Below are positions 1 through 10,201 of a DNA stretch of 64,000 nt, in pieces. The position numbers were made by a program, and so were the translations under genes. The stretch spans positions 256,001 to 320,000 of the forward strand of contig CAVPCT010000003.1 of NCBI GenBank assembly GCA_963702475.1. Direction: 5' to 3'. A model generated the notes under the pieces. The model was not told the origin of the DNA, searched no databases, and was given only the letters and a program-made list of their open reading frames with translations. The first letter of the stretch is position 1. Each line of letters opens with the position of its first letter. The DNA comes from an uncultured Thermoleophilia bacterium. GTDB lineage: Bacteria; Actinomycetota; Thermoleophilia; UBA2241.

Positions 1-317
1 GGCTTCACGGCGGTGGTGACCGCCACGGTAGAGGGAGGGCGCAAGGCGACTTTACCGTCGAATCGCAGTGTGAGCACGTGGCGGCGCTCGCCGCCGCACT
101 GGCGGCACACGAGGCCTTCGACGCCTACGCTGAGATGGACTGGCGTACCGAGAGCACGCTCCACACCCTGGCCAGGGAGAGCCTCAACGAGTCCTACCCC
201 TGGTGCCCGGTCCCCCTGGGCCTGCTCAAGGCGATGCAGGTCGCCGCCGGCCTCAGCCTGTCCGACTCGATAACTCTCACGGTGACGCCCGGGGAGGACT
301 CCGTCGCGACGACGTGA
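1..317 (+). CDS. DUF6951-like small protein, 5'-partial, frameshift near nt 52
   Basis: Frame 1 GFTAVVTATVEGGRKAT continues in frame 3 as TVESQCEHVAAL...WCPVPLGLLKAMQVAAGLSL; recalled family pattern (ESxCxH...CPVP...EVAAGL). Confidence 0.5.
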   Translation, partial: LHGGGDRHGRGRAQGDFTVESQCEHVAALAAALAAHEAFDAYAEMDWRTESTLHTLARESLNESYPWCPVPLGLLKAMQVAAGLSLSDSITLTVTPGEDSVATT

Positions 318-538
318 CCGTCCACAAGACGGACGCCCGACCACCGGCCCCTCCAACACGGCCGTCGAGGGAAGACTCCGATGGCCGATGCTTTGCAGTC
401 GGACCCTACGTAAATCTTGCGCCGCGCCGCTCCCGATGGAGCGCCCATCTATCTCGAGCACCGCGCCGCAGTGACCGCCCTGCCGCGATGGCCGGCTGAG
501 CATCAGTCAACGGCAGCTGTCGCGCTCCGAGAGGCACC

Positions 539-811
539 TCACCCGCAGCAGCCCCCGCCGCCGGATGCCTGAGGTTCGCGCGCGGCGGCAACGCTGTCCG
601 CCACGAGCACGGGCTTGACGCCGGCCTTCTCGACCGTCTTCTGGATGTCGGGATTCGCGACGGCCTCGGGGTCAAAGGAGACCCTCAGCTGGCTGGTGAA
701 GGGGTTGAGCACATAGCTCTCCACGCCGCGCAGCTTCTTCAGCCGCTTCTCGACGATCGACCCCTCGCACGAACAGCTCATGCCTGTGAGCTTGAAGGTC
801 ACGTTCTCCAT
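539..811 (-). CDS. Heavy-metal-associated (HMA) domain chaperone
   Basis: FKLTGMSCSCE (GMxC motif with CxC spacing), HMA-sized, C-terminal GGCCG; directly downstream of the P1B ATPase. Confidence 0.8.
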   Translation of the reverse strand: MENVTFKLTGMSCSCEGSIVEKRLKKLRGVESYVLNPFTSQLRVSFDPEAVANPDIQKTVEKAGVKPVLVADSVAAAREPQASGGGGCCG

Positions 812-830
812 GGTTCGGCTCCTTCTCGTT

Positions 831-3056
831 TCAGGACGCTTGTTCGAGCGTGGCGGCGTCGCGTGACGCCTCGCGCGGCGGAGTGGTGGACAGCCTGCTC
901 CTCCAGCGGAGCAGCAGGACCGCGTTGAAGATCACGAAGAGCGCGCTGCCTTCGTTGAGCAGCAGACCCGAGACCAGGCCCAGGTAGCCGGCGAGCGCGG
1001 CCGCGACCATGAAGGCCACATTGATCAGCGAGATCCAGATGTTCTGGCGGATCTCGTGCGCACGGCCCTCGCACTCAGCTCGCGCAAGAGGCGATCTTCG
1101 AGAGGTCGTCGGACATGAGGACGACGTCGCCCGGCTCGACGGCGACGTCCGAACCCGCTGCGCCCATAGCGATGCCGACGTTGGCGACCGCCATCGCCGG
1201 GGCGTCGTTGATGCCGTCGCCGACCATCGCCACCGAGCCGTGTTTCTCCCGCAGGGCCTTGAACAGGTCCACCTTGTCGGTGGGCAACAGGGCGGCGTGG
1301 TACTCGTCGATGCCGATCTGAGTGGCGATGACACGGGCGCTGCGCTCGTCGTCCCCGGTCAGCATGATGGTCGTGATCCCCGAGCGCCTCAGCAGCGCGA
1401 TGACGTCCCGGGCGCCCGGCCTGACGGTGTCGGCGATGGCGAGCAGCCCGATCACCCGCGCGTCCTCGCTGACCGCGACCACGGTCTTGGCTTGTCCTTT
1501 AGGCGGCGACGTCGGCCTCGACCGCGGAGAGCGCGACCTCCGCCCCCGCAGGAACCTGGCGTTGCCGACCATGTAACGGCGGCCGTCCACCAGCGCCGTG
1601 ACCCCGAGTCCCTACATCTCCTCTAAGCCGTCCACTGCCGGCGCCGGCCCGTCTGCCGACTCCCTGCACCTGCGCGTGACCGCGGCGGCGAGCGGGTGCC
1701 GGAGCGAGATCGATCGCGCCGGCAACGCGCAGCAGGTGCGCGAGCGAGGCGCCGCCCACGGGCACCACGTCGGTGACCTCGGGCCGGCCGATGGTCACTC
1801 CCCGTCTTGTCGAAGGCGATGGCCTTCACCTTGTCGACGGCCTCCAGGTAGGCGCCGCCCTTGAACACCGTGCCGTGATGGGCTGCGTTCGCCATCGCCG
1901 AGACCACCGCAGTGGGCACGGAGAGCGCGAGCCCGCAGGAGCAGGAGACGACGAAGACGACGAGCCCGCGCAGGATGAACGTGTGCCAGTCGGCGCCGAA
2001 GAAGAGCCGGCGTGACCACGGCGACCAGCACGCCGAGGACGAACATCGCCGGCGTGTAGTACTGGGTGAAGTTGTCGGAGAACGTCTGGTAAGGAGGTCT
2101 TCCGAGCCTGGGCCTCCTTTACAAACATGATGATCTTCGGGAGCATCGTCTCCGCCGCGGGCTTGTCGACCGCGACCTCGAGCGAGCCGTTCTGGTTCAC
2201 GGTCCCGGCGCAGACGTTCTGACCGGACTTCTTGGGCACCGGGACGGACTGACCCGGCCTCATGCCCGGGTTGTCGACGTAGGACGAGCCCTCGGCGACA
2301 GCGCCGTCTTCATGGATGCGCTCCCCCGGCCTTTCGACCACGATGTCGCCGACGCGGATCCTCCCGCTGGCCAGCAGATCATCTCCCGGAGCTGTCCACG
2401 CGCACGAGCGCCTCCTTAGGCATGAGCGCGATGAGCGAGCTGATGGTTCCGCCCGTTTTCATCGACGGCGAACGTTCGAGCACGTCGCCGAGGGAGTAGA
2501 CGAAGATGAGGATGGGCAGCCTCCTCGCCTCATGCCGAGGATCATGGCGCCAGCAGAGCCGATCAGCATGCCGGAGCAGGTGGATGGTCGGCGTCAGGTT
2601 GAGCAGGGCGAGAAGATGGCCTTGCGTGCCGGGGTAGTAGACGCCGACGAGGACCGCGAGGAGGCAGACCGAAGTTGGACAATCACGGCGATGCGTCCAG
2701 CAGGAAGCGGAGCGCCACGGCCACGAGGATGAGGATGCCGGTGCCGTACAGGGGCGAACTGTGCCGCTTGCGCCACCAGGCGCTGCGCCGCTTCTGGCCT
2801 CTGACCAGTGAGGCGCTCAGGCCGGCTGCCGAGACCGACCTCATAACGTCCTGCTTGGTCGGCTGACTCACGTCGTAGGTGACCCTGGCACGTCCCGTCA
2901 CCGCATCGACGGCACAGCTCGTCACGCCGCTCAGGCAGCCCAGCCCCCGCTCCAGGGCTTCTGCCTCGCAGGCGCAGTCCATGCCCTCAACGTGAATATC
3001 GATCGTCTCCGTGTTCCGCGACCTCGCCGCCCACTGCCGTCCGCGCTCCCCCGCAT
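831..3056 (-). CDS. Heavy-metal-translocating P1B-type ATPase, multiply frameshifted
   Basis: Across frames: N-terminal GMDCACE HMA, VFVVSCSCGLALSVP (about 1915-1960), AFDKTG, MLTGDD, MVGDGINDAPA, IRQNI. Confidence 0.85.
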
Positions 3057-3084
3057 GACGACTCCCCCTGCGACAGCCGCGGCT

Positions 3085-3434
3085 CTAGAACCGCCTAAGC
3101 GTGCCGGCCGCGGCCTCGAGCGCTTCGCGGTGGAGACGGTAGTAGACCCAGAGCCCCTCCTTGCGGGCGCTCACGAGTCCAGCGACACAAGGCGACGCAT
3201 GTGGGCGAGATGGTCGAGGGTCAGGTGCAGAGAATCCGAGATGCAGCAGGCGCACACTTCGGCGGCGCAGCAGCTGGAGCCGCGTGTAGTCGGCCTTCTC
3301 GCCGCAGTTCTCTCGGCCCAGCGCTCGTTCGCCTCGGCCTCGGAAAGCATGGCAGATCTCCTGCGCGGCGCCGAGGCGAGGGCACGGAATACCCCGTCCA
3401 CGGAGCTGTCGAGCGTCTCGATCGTCGTGCCCAT
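3085..3434 (-). CDS. arsR: ArsR/SmtB family regulator, frameshifted
   Basis: VFRALASAPRR, CCAAEVCAC, and in another frame GLVSARKEGLWVYYRL ending in TAG at 3085-3087. Confidence 0.8.
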
Positions 3435-3464
3435 GCCGGCCCAGGACCAGTCCGATAAACGTGA

Positions 3465-3489
3465 AACTAGTGTAGGGCCGGCACTAGTT
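3465..3489. promoter_or_regulatory. Inverted repeat upstream of arsR, possible operator
   Basis: AACTAGTG-N9-CACTAGTT perfect 8-bp arms in an AT-richer patch about 30 nt upstream of the arsR start. Confidence 0.35.
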
Positions 3490-3635
3490 CGAAGTCAATC
3501 AAACTAACGCTAGCCCCACAAGAGCGAGGCCCGGCGGCTTCCGCGATCTGGGGCCCCGGGCCTCTCGAGAATAGGCCGTTCCGTGTCTCGGGTGCTAGTC
3601 CTGCGCCTCGGCCACAAGGATGGAGTCTTCGCCTC

Positions 3636-3814
3636 TCAGTACCGCTCGCAGCCGTCCTCGAAGAGAAGCTCGTATGTGGCCCGCATGGCCTGACCGTCGT
3701 AGCGGCACAGCATGGCGACCGGCTGCGGTTCCTCGTGGCGCGGGTGACGCGCGTAGAGGTCGGCAGCGACCGCGCGTAGGCGATCTCGACGGTCACGGGC
3801 TTGAGGTCAGGCAT
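3636..3814 (-). CDS. Small hypothetical protein downstream of arsM, probably frameshifted
   Basis: Strong RBS AAGGAGG before ATG 3814; MPDLKPVTVEIAY then shifted frame AVAADLYARH...LFEDGCERY*. Confidence 0.35.
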
Positions 3815-3842
3815 CCTGAGTCCTCCTTGGGCCGATCACGGG

Positions 3843-4704
3843 TCAACAGCAGGACGTCGACGGACCGCAGCAGCATCCGCCGGAGCGCGCCGGCTTCGTG
3901 GCGCGCACGAAGCCACTGACGAGCTGCAGGCCGTCGGGCAGCGCCGGCGCGCCGCACATGTTGTTCTCGGCCGAGCCGTCGTAGACGTAGGTCACCTCCT
4001 CGCCGGCGTCCTGGAACCCGCGGCCCGCAGCCCTGCGAGGAAGTCGTCCTCGTGAAGCGCGCCGGCCACGCAGGCGGACCACATGCCGGCGTCGTCCAGA
4101 AGCTCCTGCGGCACGAGGCCCATGTCGCCCTGGAAGAGCACGTCGCTGACGGCGAAGCGGCCACCAGGCTTGAGCACGCGGAAAGCCTCGGCGAGGATGT
4201 CCTTGTCCACGGAGAGGTTGATCACGCAGTTGCTGATGATGACGTCGACATAGCCTCGGGAGGGGGATGTCCTCGATCTCGCCGCGGGGAGGAACTCGAC
4301 GTTCTCAACGCCGGCCTTGCGCTGGTTCTCGCGCGCCAGGGCGAGCATCTCGTCGGTCATGTCCAGACCGTAGACCTTGCCGGTCGGGCCGACGCGGCGG
4401 GCGGAGAGCAGCACGTCGATGCCGCCGCCGCTGCCGAGGTCCAGGACGACTTCGCCGGGGTGGACTCGGCGAGGGCGGTGGGGTTGCCGCAGCCCAGGCT
4501 GGCGAGCACGGCCGAGTCGGGCAGCGCGCTCGTCTCATCGACGCTGTAGAGGCCTCTGGCCAGCTCGTCGTTGGGCTCCACGACGGCCGGGCTGCAGCTG
4601 CAGCCGCAGCCGCAGGGCTGGCCCTGGGTCGCGGCCACGGCCCGTTCAGCATAGTGCTCGCGGAACTGCTCTTTGAGGTCTGCATCCTGCCTAGTCTCGC
4701 CCAT
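3843..4704 (-). CDS. arsM: Arsenite S-adenosylmethionine methyltransferase, frameshifted
   Basis: [53 protein letters not shown]; Cys-rich termini (CGCGCSC; [10 protein letters not shown]). Confidence 0.92.
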
Positions 4705-4819
4705 GACTTCCTCTCAGTCATCCATATCAAGTATGCTTACTCTGAGAGTACGTGGCGGGGACGCGAGGTGTCAACCTCAAATCAAGAAGACCTGCGCTGG
4801 TACCGGGGAGGTGCGCGAG

Positions 4820-5248
4820 ATGGTCGAAAGCAAGAGCGAGGCCCAGCTGCCCACGTGTTCCTGCGCGCCTATCGGCGCGGGGACCGAACGTTGCTGCCCG
4901 CCTCCCGACGCGGCGCAAGCGGAGCGGCTGACCCTCGTCGCCAAGGCTCTCAGCGATCTGATCCGCCTCGGCATGCTGGACGTGATGGCGCAGGGACGCG
5001 CCTGCTGCGGCCTGCCCGAGCCCTCTGAACGAGGAGTGCCCGGCGCAGGCGATCCCGAGGGCATCTGCGTCTGCGACTTCCAGGAGCATTTCGGCCTCGG
5101 CCAGTCGAAGGTCTCGTATCACCTCCGGGTGCTCAGAGAAGCAGGCCTCGTGCGCGAGGAGCAGCGCGGTAAGTGGACCTTCTACGCGATCGACGGCGGA
5201 GCCGCGGCAGAGGCATTGGATGCATTCAAGGACCTGCTCCGCGTCTGA
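4820..5248 (+). CDS. arsR: ArsR/SmtB family regulator with vicinal Cys motifs
   Basis: KALSDLIRL, ICVCDF, QSKVSYHLRVLREAGLV, RGKWTFY; N-terminal CSC and CC; divergent from arsM. Confidence 0.9.
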   Translation: MVESKSEAQLPTCSCAPIGAGTERCCPPPDAAQAERLTLVAKALSDLIRLGMLDVMAQGRACCGLPEPSERGVPGAGDPEGICVCDFQEHFGLGQSKVSYHLRVLREAGLVREEQRGKWTFYAIDGGAAAEALDAFKDLLRV

Positions 5249-5290
5249 AGACGAGGCGCCATGTGTCGTCACGAGAACAGGAGACCAGAC

Positions 5291-5542
5291 ATGAGCACAC
5301 CCGAGGCAAGATCTGAAGCATTCGTCTGGGGCCCGACCCTTGACGAAGGCGCCTGCACCGACTGCAAGGTGTGCCTCGAGTTCTGCCAGCAGGGCGTCTA
5401 CGCCCTGGCCGACCAGCACGTGCGCGTCGTCGCGAAGGGGTCGTGCATGGAGGGCTGCTCGCACTGCGCCGGCATGTGCGAGGCCGGGGCCCTGACCTTC
5501 CCGACGCTGGACGAGCTTCGCGCCACGAAGCGGAAGGACTGA
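5291..5542 (+). CDS. 2x[4Fe-4S] ferredoxin-like protein
   Basis: CTDCKVCLEFC and CMEGCSHCAGMC; RBS GGAG before ATG 5291. Confidence 0.85.
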   Translation: MSTPEARSEAFVWGPTLDEGACTDCKVCLEFCQQGVYALADQHVRVVAKGSCMEGCSHCAGMCEAGALTFPTLDELRATKRKD

Positions 5543-5552
5543 GACCCGCGGC

Positions 5553-6657
5553 ATGACGAAGGACGAGGACCGCCCCCACAAGGTCTACGTCGAGCCGACC
5601 AACGCCTGCAACCTGGCCTGCGCCACCTGCGTGCGCCACTCCTGGGACGAGCCCGAAGGGTTCATGGAGTGGGCGACGTTCGAGGCGGTGGTCGACGGTC
5701 TCGAGCCCGGCGGGACGATGGCCTTCATGGGCCTCGGCGAGCCCCTCCTGCACCCGCGCTTCCTGGAGATGGTGCGGCTCGCCAAAGACCGTGGGCTGCG
5801 CGCCGAGGTGACGACCAATGCGCTCCTACTCGACGAGGCCATGGCCGCGGGCCTCCTCGACGCCGGCCTCGACCAGCTCGTCGTCAGCATCGATGGCGCC
5901 AACGCCGAGGCCTTCGGCCGGGTGCGCTCGGGCGCATCCCTCGAGCGCGTCGTCGAGAACGTACGGCGCCTGCACGACGGGCGCGGCCCCAACTACGGGC
6001 CGGGCACGCAGATCGGCGTCGAGTTCGTGGCGATGCGCTCGAACGTCGACGAGCTCCCCGGCCTCGGCCGGCTGGCTGCGCAGCTCGGCGCGACCTTCAT
6101 CATCGTCAGCAACGTGCTGGCCTACACGGAGGACCTGGTCGGCGAGACGCTGTACGACCTCGCGCCGGCTCGCTGAGCGGCGCGGTGACCAGGCCGCGCC
6201 GCGCTGGCGACTGCCGGCGTTCGACTGGGACCGGCAACTCGGCGCGGCGCTCGGCGAGGCCCTCGCGCGCTCTGGGCCGGTCTCCTTCTACGGCGCGGAC
6301 CCCGAGGCGACGCGCAGCCACTGTCCCTTCGTCGAGGCCGGCGCCTGTGCCGTCGCCTGGCACGGCGGCGTCAGCCCCTGCCCGCCGCTGCTGCACACCT
6401 ACAGCTGCTTCGTGCGCGGGCGCGCGAAACGCATGCTGCGCTGGGAGGCGGGGCGGGTGCCTGACGAACCGCTCGCGGCGGTGTGGGCGCGGCCGGAGTA
6501 CGTCGCCTTCCGCGACCGTGTCCGGCGCTTCGACTTCCCGCCCTGCACCGACTGCGGCTGCGAGCTCGCGGAGAGCAACGAAGAGGACTGTCTCGGCAAC
6601 CAGCACCCCACCTGCGGCGACTGCCTTTGGGCGCGGGGAGTGGTGCGCTGTGCCTGA
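5553..6657 (+). CDS. Radical SAM/SPASM protein resembling tungsten-oxidoreductase rSAM maturases, frameshift near 6170
   Basis: [22 protein letters not shown]; second frame CPFV...VSPCPPLLH...CTDCGC...[15 protein letters not shown]...RC. Confidence 0.85.
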
Positions 6658-7057
6658 GGCGAAGCGCGACTACTACGAGGTCCTCGGTGTGGCACGCACG
6701 GCCGAGCTCGCGGAGATCAAGGCGGCCTTCCGCAGGCTCGCCCGCAACTGCCACCCGGACGTCCATCCTGAGGACCCCGAGGCCGAGGCGCGCTTCAGGG
6801 AGTGTGCGGAGGCTTGGGAGGTGCTGAACGACCCAGAGAAGCGGGCCGCCTACGACCTGCACGGGTTCAACGGCCTGCGCGGCCGTCCGCTGCCCGACTT
6901 TCAGAGCGCGGCCTTCCGCGACCTCTACAACGCCTACTTCGGGACGGACGACCTCGGCATGCCGCTGCACCCGGTCTTCATGTATCAGAAGTACCTGCGC
7001 GAGTACCTGAAGCAGCGCAGCGCGAAAGCCCAAGCGAGCGAGGCAGAGAAGAAGTGA
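6650..7057 (+). CDS. Small DnaJ (J-domain) protein
   Basis: RDYYEVLGV...HPD...[16 protein letters not shown]; GTG start overlaps the rSAM stop; no zinc-finger or C-terminal domain. Confidence 0.85.
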   Translation: MPEAKRDYYEVLGVARTAELAEIKAAFRRLARNCHPDVHPEDPEAEARFRECAEAWEVLNDPEKRAAYDLHGFNGLRGRPLPDFQSAAFRDLYNAYFGTDDLGMPLHPVFMYQKYLREYLKQRSAKAQASEAEKK

Positions 7058-7093
7058 CCGGCTGGGCTTGGGCTGCGAGACGCGCGGTCTGGC

Positions 7094-7369
7094 CTAGCAG
7101 TCGCAGCTGGGTTCGCCGCCGGTCAGCCAGCCGTGTGATGATCGCCTGCGCGCAGCCGACGCCCGGGTCGACACTGATGGCGCCGGGCACGCAGTTCAGG
7201 GCGCAGGCGCCGCACTCCATGCAGGCGCCGCGGTCGGCGAGCGCGGCGCGCCCGCGGCGATGGCGAAGACGGCGTGCGGGCAGACGGCGACGCACATGCC
7301 GCAGCCGTTGCAGCGGGCGACGTCGAGCTGCAGGGTGACGGCGTCTTCGATGTAGCGCAGCGTCGGCAT
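7094..7369 (-). CDS. hgcB: Mercury methylation ferredoxin HgcB, frameshifted
   Basis: LRYIEDAVTLQLD, CNGCGMCVAVCPH, signature CMECGACALNC, GVGCA, C-terminal EPSCDC*; immediately downstream of hgcA. Confidence 0.93.
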
Positions 7370-7374
7370 CGCTC

Positions 7375-8634
7375 TCACCTCCCCCGTCTGCTGCCAGCCA
7401 GGCGCGACGACCGCCAGCGCAGCCGCCGCGGCCTGCAGGGGCAGCGCCTGCGCATCTCGGCTCCACGCCCGAGGGCGAGGTGATCGTCGAGCGAGCCGGT
7501 GAAGTTCATGGCCGCGTAGGACGACCGGCCGTGACGCCGGCCAGCAAGGGCGAGCTTGGCGGCGGGCGAGAGGCGGCGGCCAAGCGTCGCCGTGGCGGCC
7601 GCCGCGAGGACGCCTCCGACGAGCGCGCCCTTGACCGAGAAGGCGCGGCCGGGCAGCCATGGCAGCGCCAGCGGCGTCACGGCGCCGCCCGCCAGCAAGG
7701 CGAGCCATGCGGCGCCGATGACCGGGCACCCCGCGCGCAGGCCGGGCGCAGCGATACGCCGTCGCGATCGAGCGCCGACGGCCGCCAGGACGCCGGCATA
7801 GGCCAGCAGCATGCGGCGGTCCCAGGCGACCGAGAGCACCTCGGGCACCAGCACGGCGCGCTCGCGCACGTCGAAGGTGACCCGGCGCATCTCTGCGTCG
7901 GCCTTCATGTCCGCGGCAAGGAACGCCGGCAGGTCGGCGGCCCGCACAGGTCCGAAGGTGACGCGAAAGCCGCACGCCTCCTTGACCTTGTGGGCCGCGA
8001 CGCCGGGCGCCGAGAGCTGCGGGAGGACCAGCCGACGGTGACTGCACGATCTCGGCGAGCCGCGTCTCTGCACCATCCGTGCGACCTCAGCGGCGCAGAA
8101 CGTGCCTTTGCCGGCCGCGCACCAGACGTTGATGCCGCGGGTGTCGATGACCAGCAGCCAGCAGTCGAGCTCGCCGAGCGAGGAGCGCAGCTCGTCGAAC
8201 GGTGAGCTTGTAGTTGGCGGTGACGAGCACGGGAGCGGCGGCGTCTGGCGTGCCTAGGGCGTAGAGACCGGGCTCACGCGGTAGTCGTCGCGGCCGATCT
8301 CCCAGCGCACGCGCCAGGCGCCGAGGCGGTCGCCGGCGTCGAGGGCAGCCTTCACCTTTGGGACCCTGCCGACCGGAGACTCAACCGCGCCGACGACGCA
8401 GCGGAGGGGTGGATAGGGATAGGCCGCGGAGGTCGACGCGCCGCAGCACGCGGCACCCTTGTCGTCCCGCTCGCTGGGTTCCGACGCTGGGCCGCAGCAG
8501 GACTGCTGAGGCTTCGGTCGTGCGGTCGCCCCGCTGCTTTCGCGGCACGACCCAGCCGCGTTCCCGGACGGGCCGCAGCAGGACTCGACTGCCGAGTCCT
8601 CGCCCTGGATCGTTCTCACATCATCTGCGTCCAT
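7375..8634 (-). CDS. hgcA: Mercury methylation corrinoid protein HgcA, multiply frameshifted
   Basis: Reverse strand 8100-8160 reads WLLVIDTRGINVWCAAGKGT (cap-helix motif); PVLVTANYKLT; LPQLSAPGVAAH; FGPVRAADLP; TM region ending AMNFTGS. Confidence 0.95.
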
Positions 8635-8819
8635 CCCGCCCACTGTGCGGGCTGCTGGACCGGTTGGTCAACCTGGCGCCGGCTGGGCCGATGCTCACGA
8701 CTCCGCAAGCGCGCTGGATCGACCCATCCAGGGCCGAGAACTCAAGGAGGGGCTAACAGATTCGTAACACTCGCGGGGTAGCTACGTGCCATAGGTAGGG
8801 ATCTGTGAAGGAGGCAGCC

Positions 8820-9011
8820 ATGTTCACGCCTCGGATGCGTCGGAGACGCCACAGCCTCGACACCTACATCCGCGGGGAGGTCGAGGAGCTGAAGCTGGCG
8901 ATCGAGAGCTCGCCCGTCCCTCTCCGACCACAGCTACGTGAGGCCACGAGCGGGGAGGCCGAAGAGGACTCGGTCGCCACATCAAGCCGGTCCGAAAGGC
9001 TGTCCGCCTGA
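8820..9011 (+). CDS. Small hypothetical protein
   Basis: Strong RBS AAGGAGG before ATG 8820; no family recognised. Confidence 0.35.
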   Translation: MFTPRMRRRRHSLDTYIRGEVEELKLAIESSPVPLRPQLREATSGEAEEDSVATSSRSERLSA

Positions 9012-9043
9012 CTTCAGCCCCACGCCGCCGGCCGGCACCCCGC

Positions 9044-9463
9044 TCAGTGGCCAGCAACGAAGCCGTCGATGAGTTCCGACAGCTGGTCGCGTACTTGGCG
9101 GAAGGCCGCCAGGCGCTCCTCCTCGCTGCCGTCGACTGCCGCCGGGTCCTCCAGGGACCAGTTCAAGCGCTGGCTCACTCCGGGGAAGATCGGGCAGGCA
9201 GCGTTGGCCCGATCGCATACCGTGATCAGGTAGCCGAAGTGCACGTGCCCCAGGTAGGTGGCGACGTCCTTCGATGTCTGAGCCGCGATGTCCATGCCGC
9301 TCTCCGCCATCACCTTGACGGCCTCCGGTCGCACGGGCTGAGGCTTCATGCCGGCGCTGAACGCCTCGAGCCGGTCGCTGGCCTTGGTCCGCAGCAGACC
9401 CTCGGCCATCTGACTCCTTGCGGAGTTGCCGGTGCAGAGGAAGAGGACTTTTGCCTTGCTCAC
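9044..9463 (-). CDS. arsC: Arsenate reductase, thioredoxin-coupled LMW-PTP fold
   Basis: VLFLCTGNSARSQMAEG, ITVCD...ACPIFPG, WSLEDP. Confidence 0.88.
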   Translation of the reverse strand: MSKAKVLFLCTGNSARSQMAEGLLRTKASDRLEAFSAGMKPQPVRPEAVKVMAESGMDIAAQTSKDVATYLGHVHFGYLITVCDRANAACPIFPGVSQRLNWSLEDPAAVDGSEEERLAAFRQVRDQLSELIDGFVAGH

Positions 9464-9591
9464 GTTCACCTTCCTGTCATGGGATGCGGGTGAGCAGCCT
9501 AGGCGGCGGACGTTAGGAAGCGATGAGCTCATCCTGTCCAAAGGGAGGAGACCGTCGTCGACGTCCTGGTGGCCGAGCGCCAGCCAGGCTT

Positions 9592-9852
9592 TCAGCGCAT
9601 GAGCGAACGCCGCACCCGCCGCGCCTCCCAGGTCCAGCCCTCTACCCGGTACCCGGGCTCGCGCGGCTCGCCGCTCATGACCAGCCCATGCCGGCGTCTC
9701 AGCTTGCGCACCGCCTGCTGGATCTGAGCGTGGTCCGCGTCGACGCCGTAGGCGGTGAGTGCCTCGCGGATGTGCAGCGGCTCACCGGGATGCAGCATGT
9801 CGTGGGTGAGCATGGTGCCGGCGACGAGCTCGACCGGGTTCTGGGCGATCAA
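9592..9852 (-). CDS. Hypothetical protein, possibly a helix-turn-helix remnant
   Basis: Protein-like composition (QIQQAVRKLRRRHGLVM...PGYR); no family recognised. Confidence 0.35.
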   Translation of the reverse strand: MIAQNPVELVAGTMLTHDMLHPGEPLHIREALTAYGVDADHAQIQQAVRKLRRRHGLVMSGEPREPGYRVEGWTWEARRVRRSLMR

Positions 9853-9921
9853 GACGCTGACGTGAGTAGAGGGTGAGCGCTCCGAGCCCGTGCCGGCCGA
9901 GACGGCCAGCAGCCGCCCTGT

Positions 9922-10025
9922 TCAGACCGCGACGACGACCGGCATGATCATCGGCCGGCTCTTGGTGAGCTTGAAGACGAGGCCGGCGAGCCGGTCGTGG
10001 ATGTCTTCCTTGATCAGGCGCTGCC
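9922..10025 (-). pseudogene. Isolated fragment resembling the RNase J C-terminus
   Basis: Reads QRLIKEDIHDRLAGLVFKLTKSRPMIMPVVVAV*, matching the RNase J tail pattern (TKRRPMILPVVVEV*); no upstream RNase J sequence. Confidence 0.6.
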
Positions 10026-10201
10026 CGGCACACCGAGCACATCGCGCCCGGCCTCAGCCGTGACGAGCCACTTCTCTCCCCGTTTGCGAATCCCCATCTG
10101 CGAGCCTGAGTATGGGCGAGCCAGGGGACGGAAGGCAACAAAGTGGGCAGCAGGCAACTCTCGACAACGCAGCCGTGCACGAAAAGTACCTGCAAAAGAA
10201 G

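Noticed and set aside
5553-6657. Calling this radical SAM enzyme ArsS or ArsL
   Set aside because: Its Cys-rich SPASM-type tail does not match what I recall of either family; proximity to arsM alone is insufficient.
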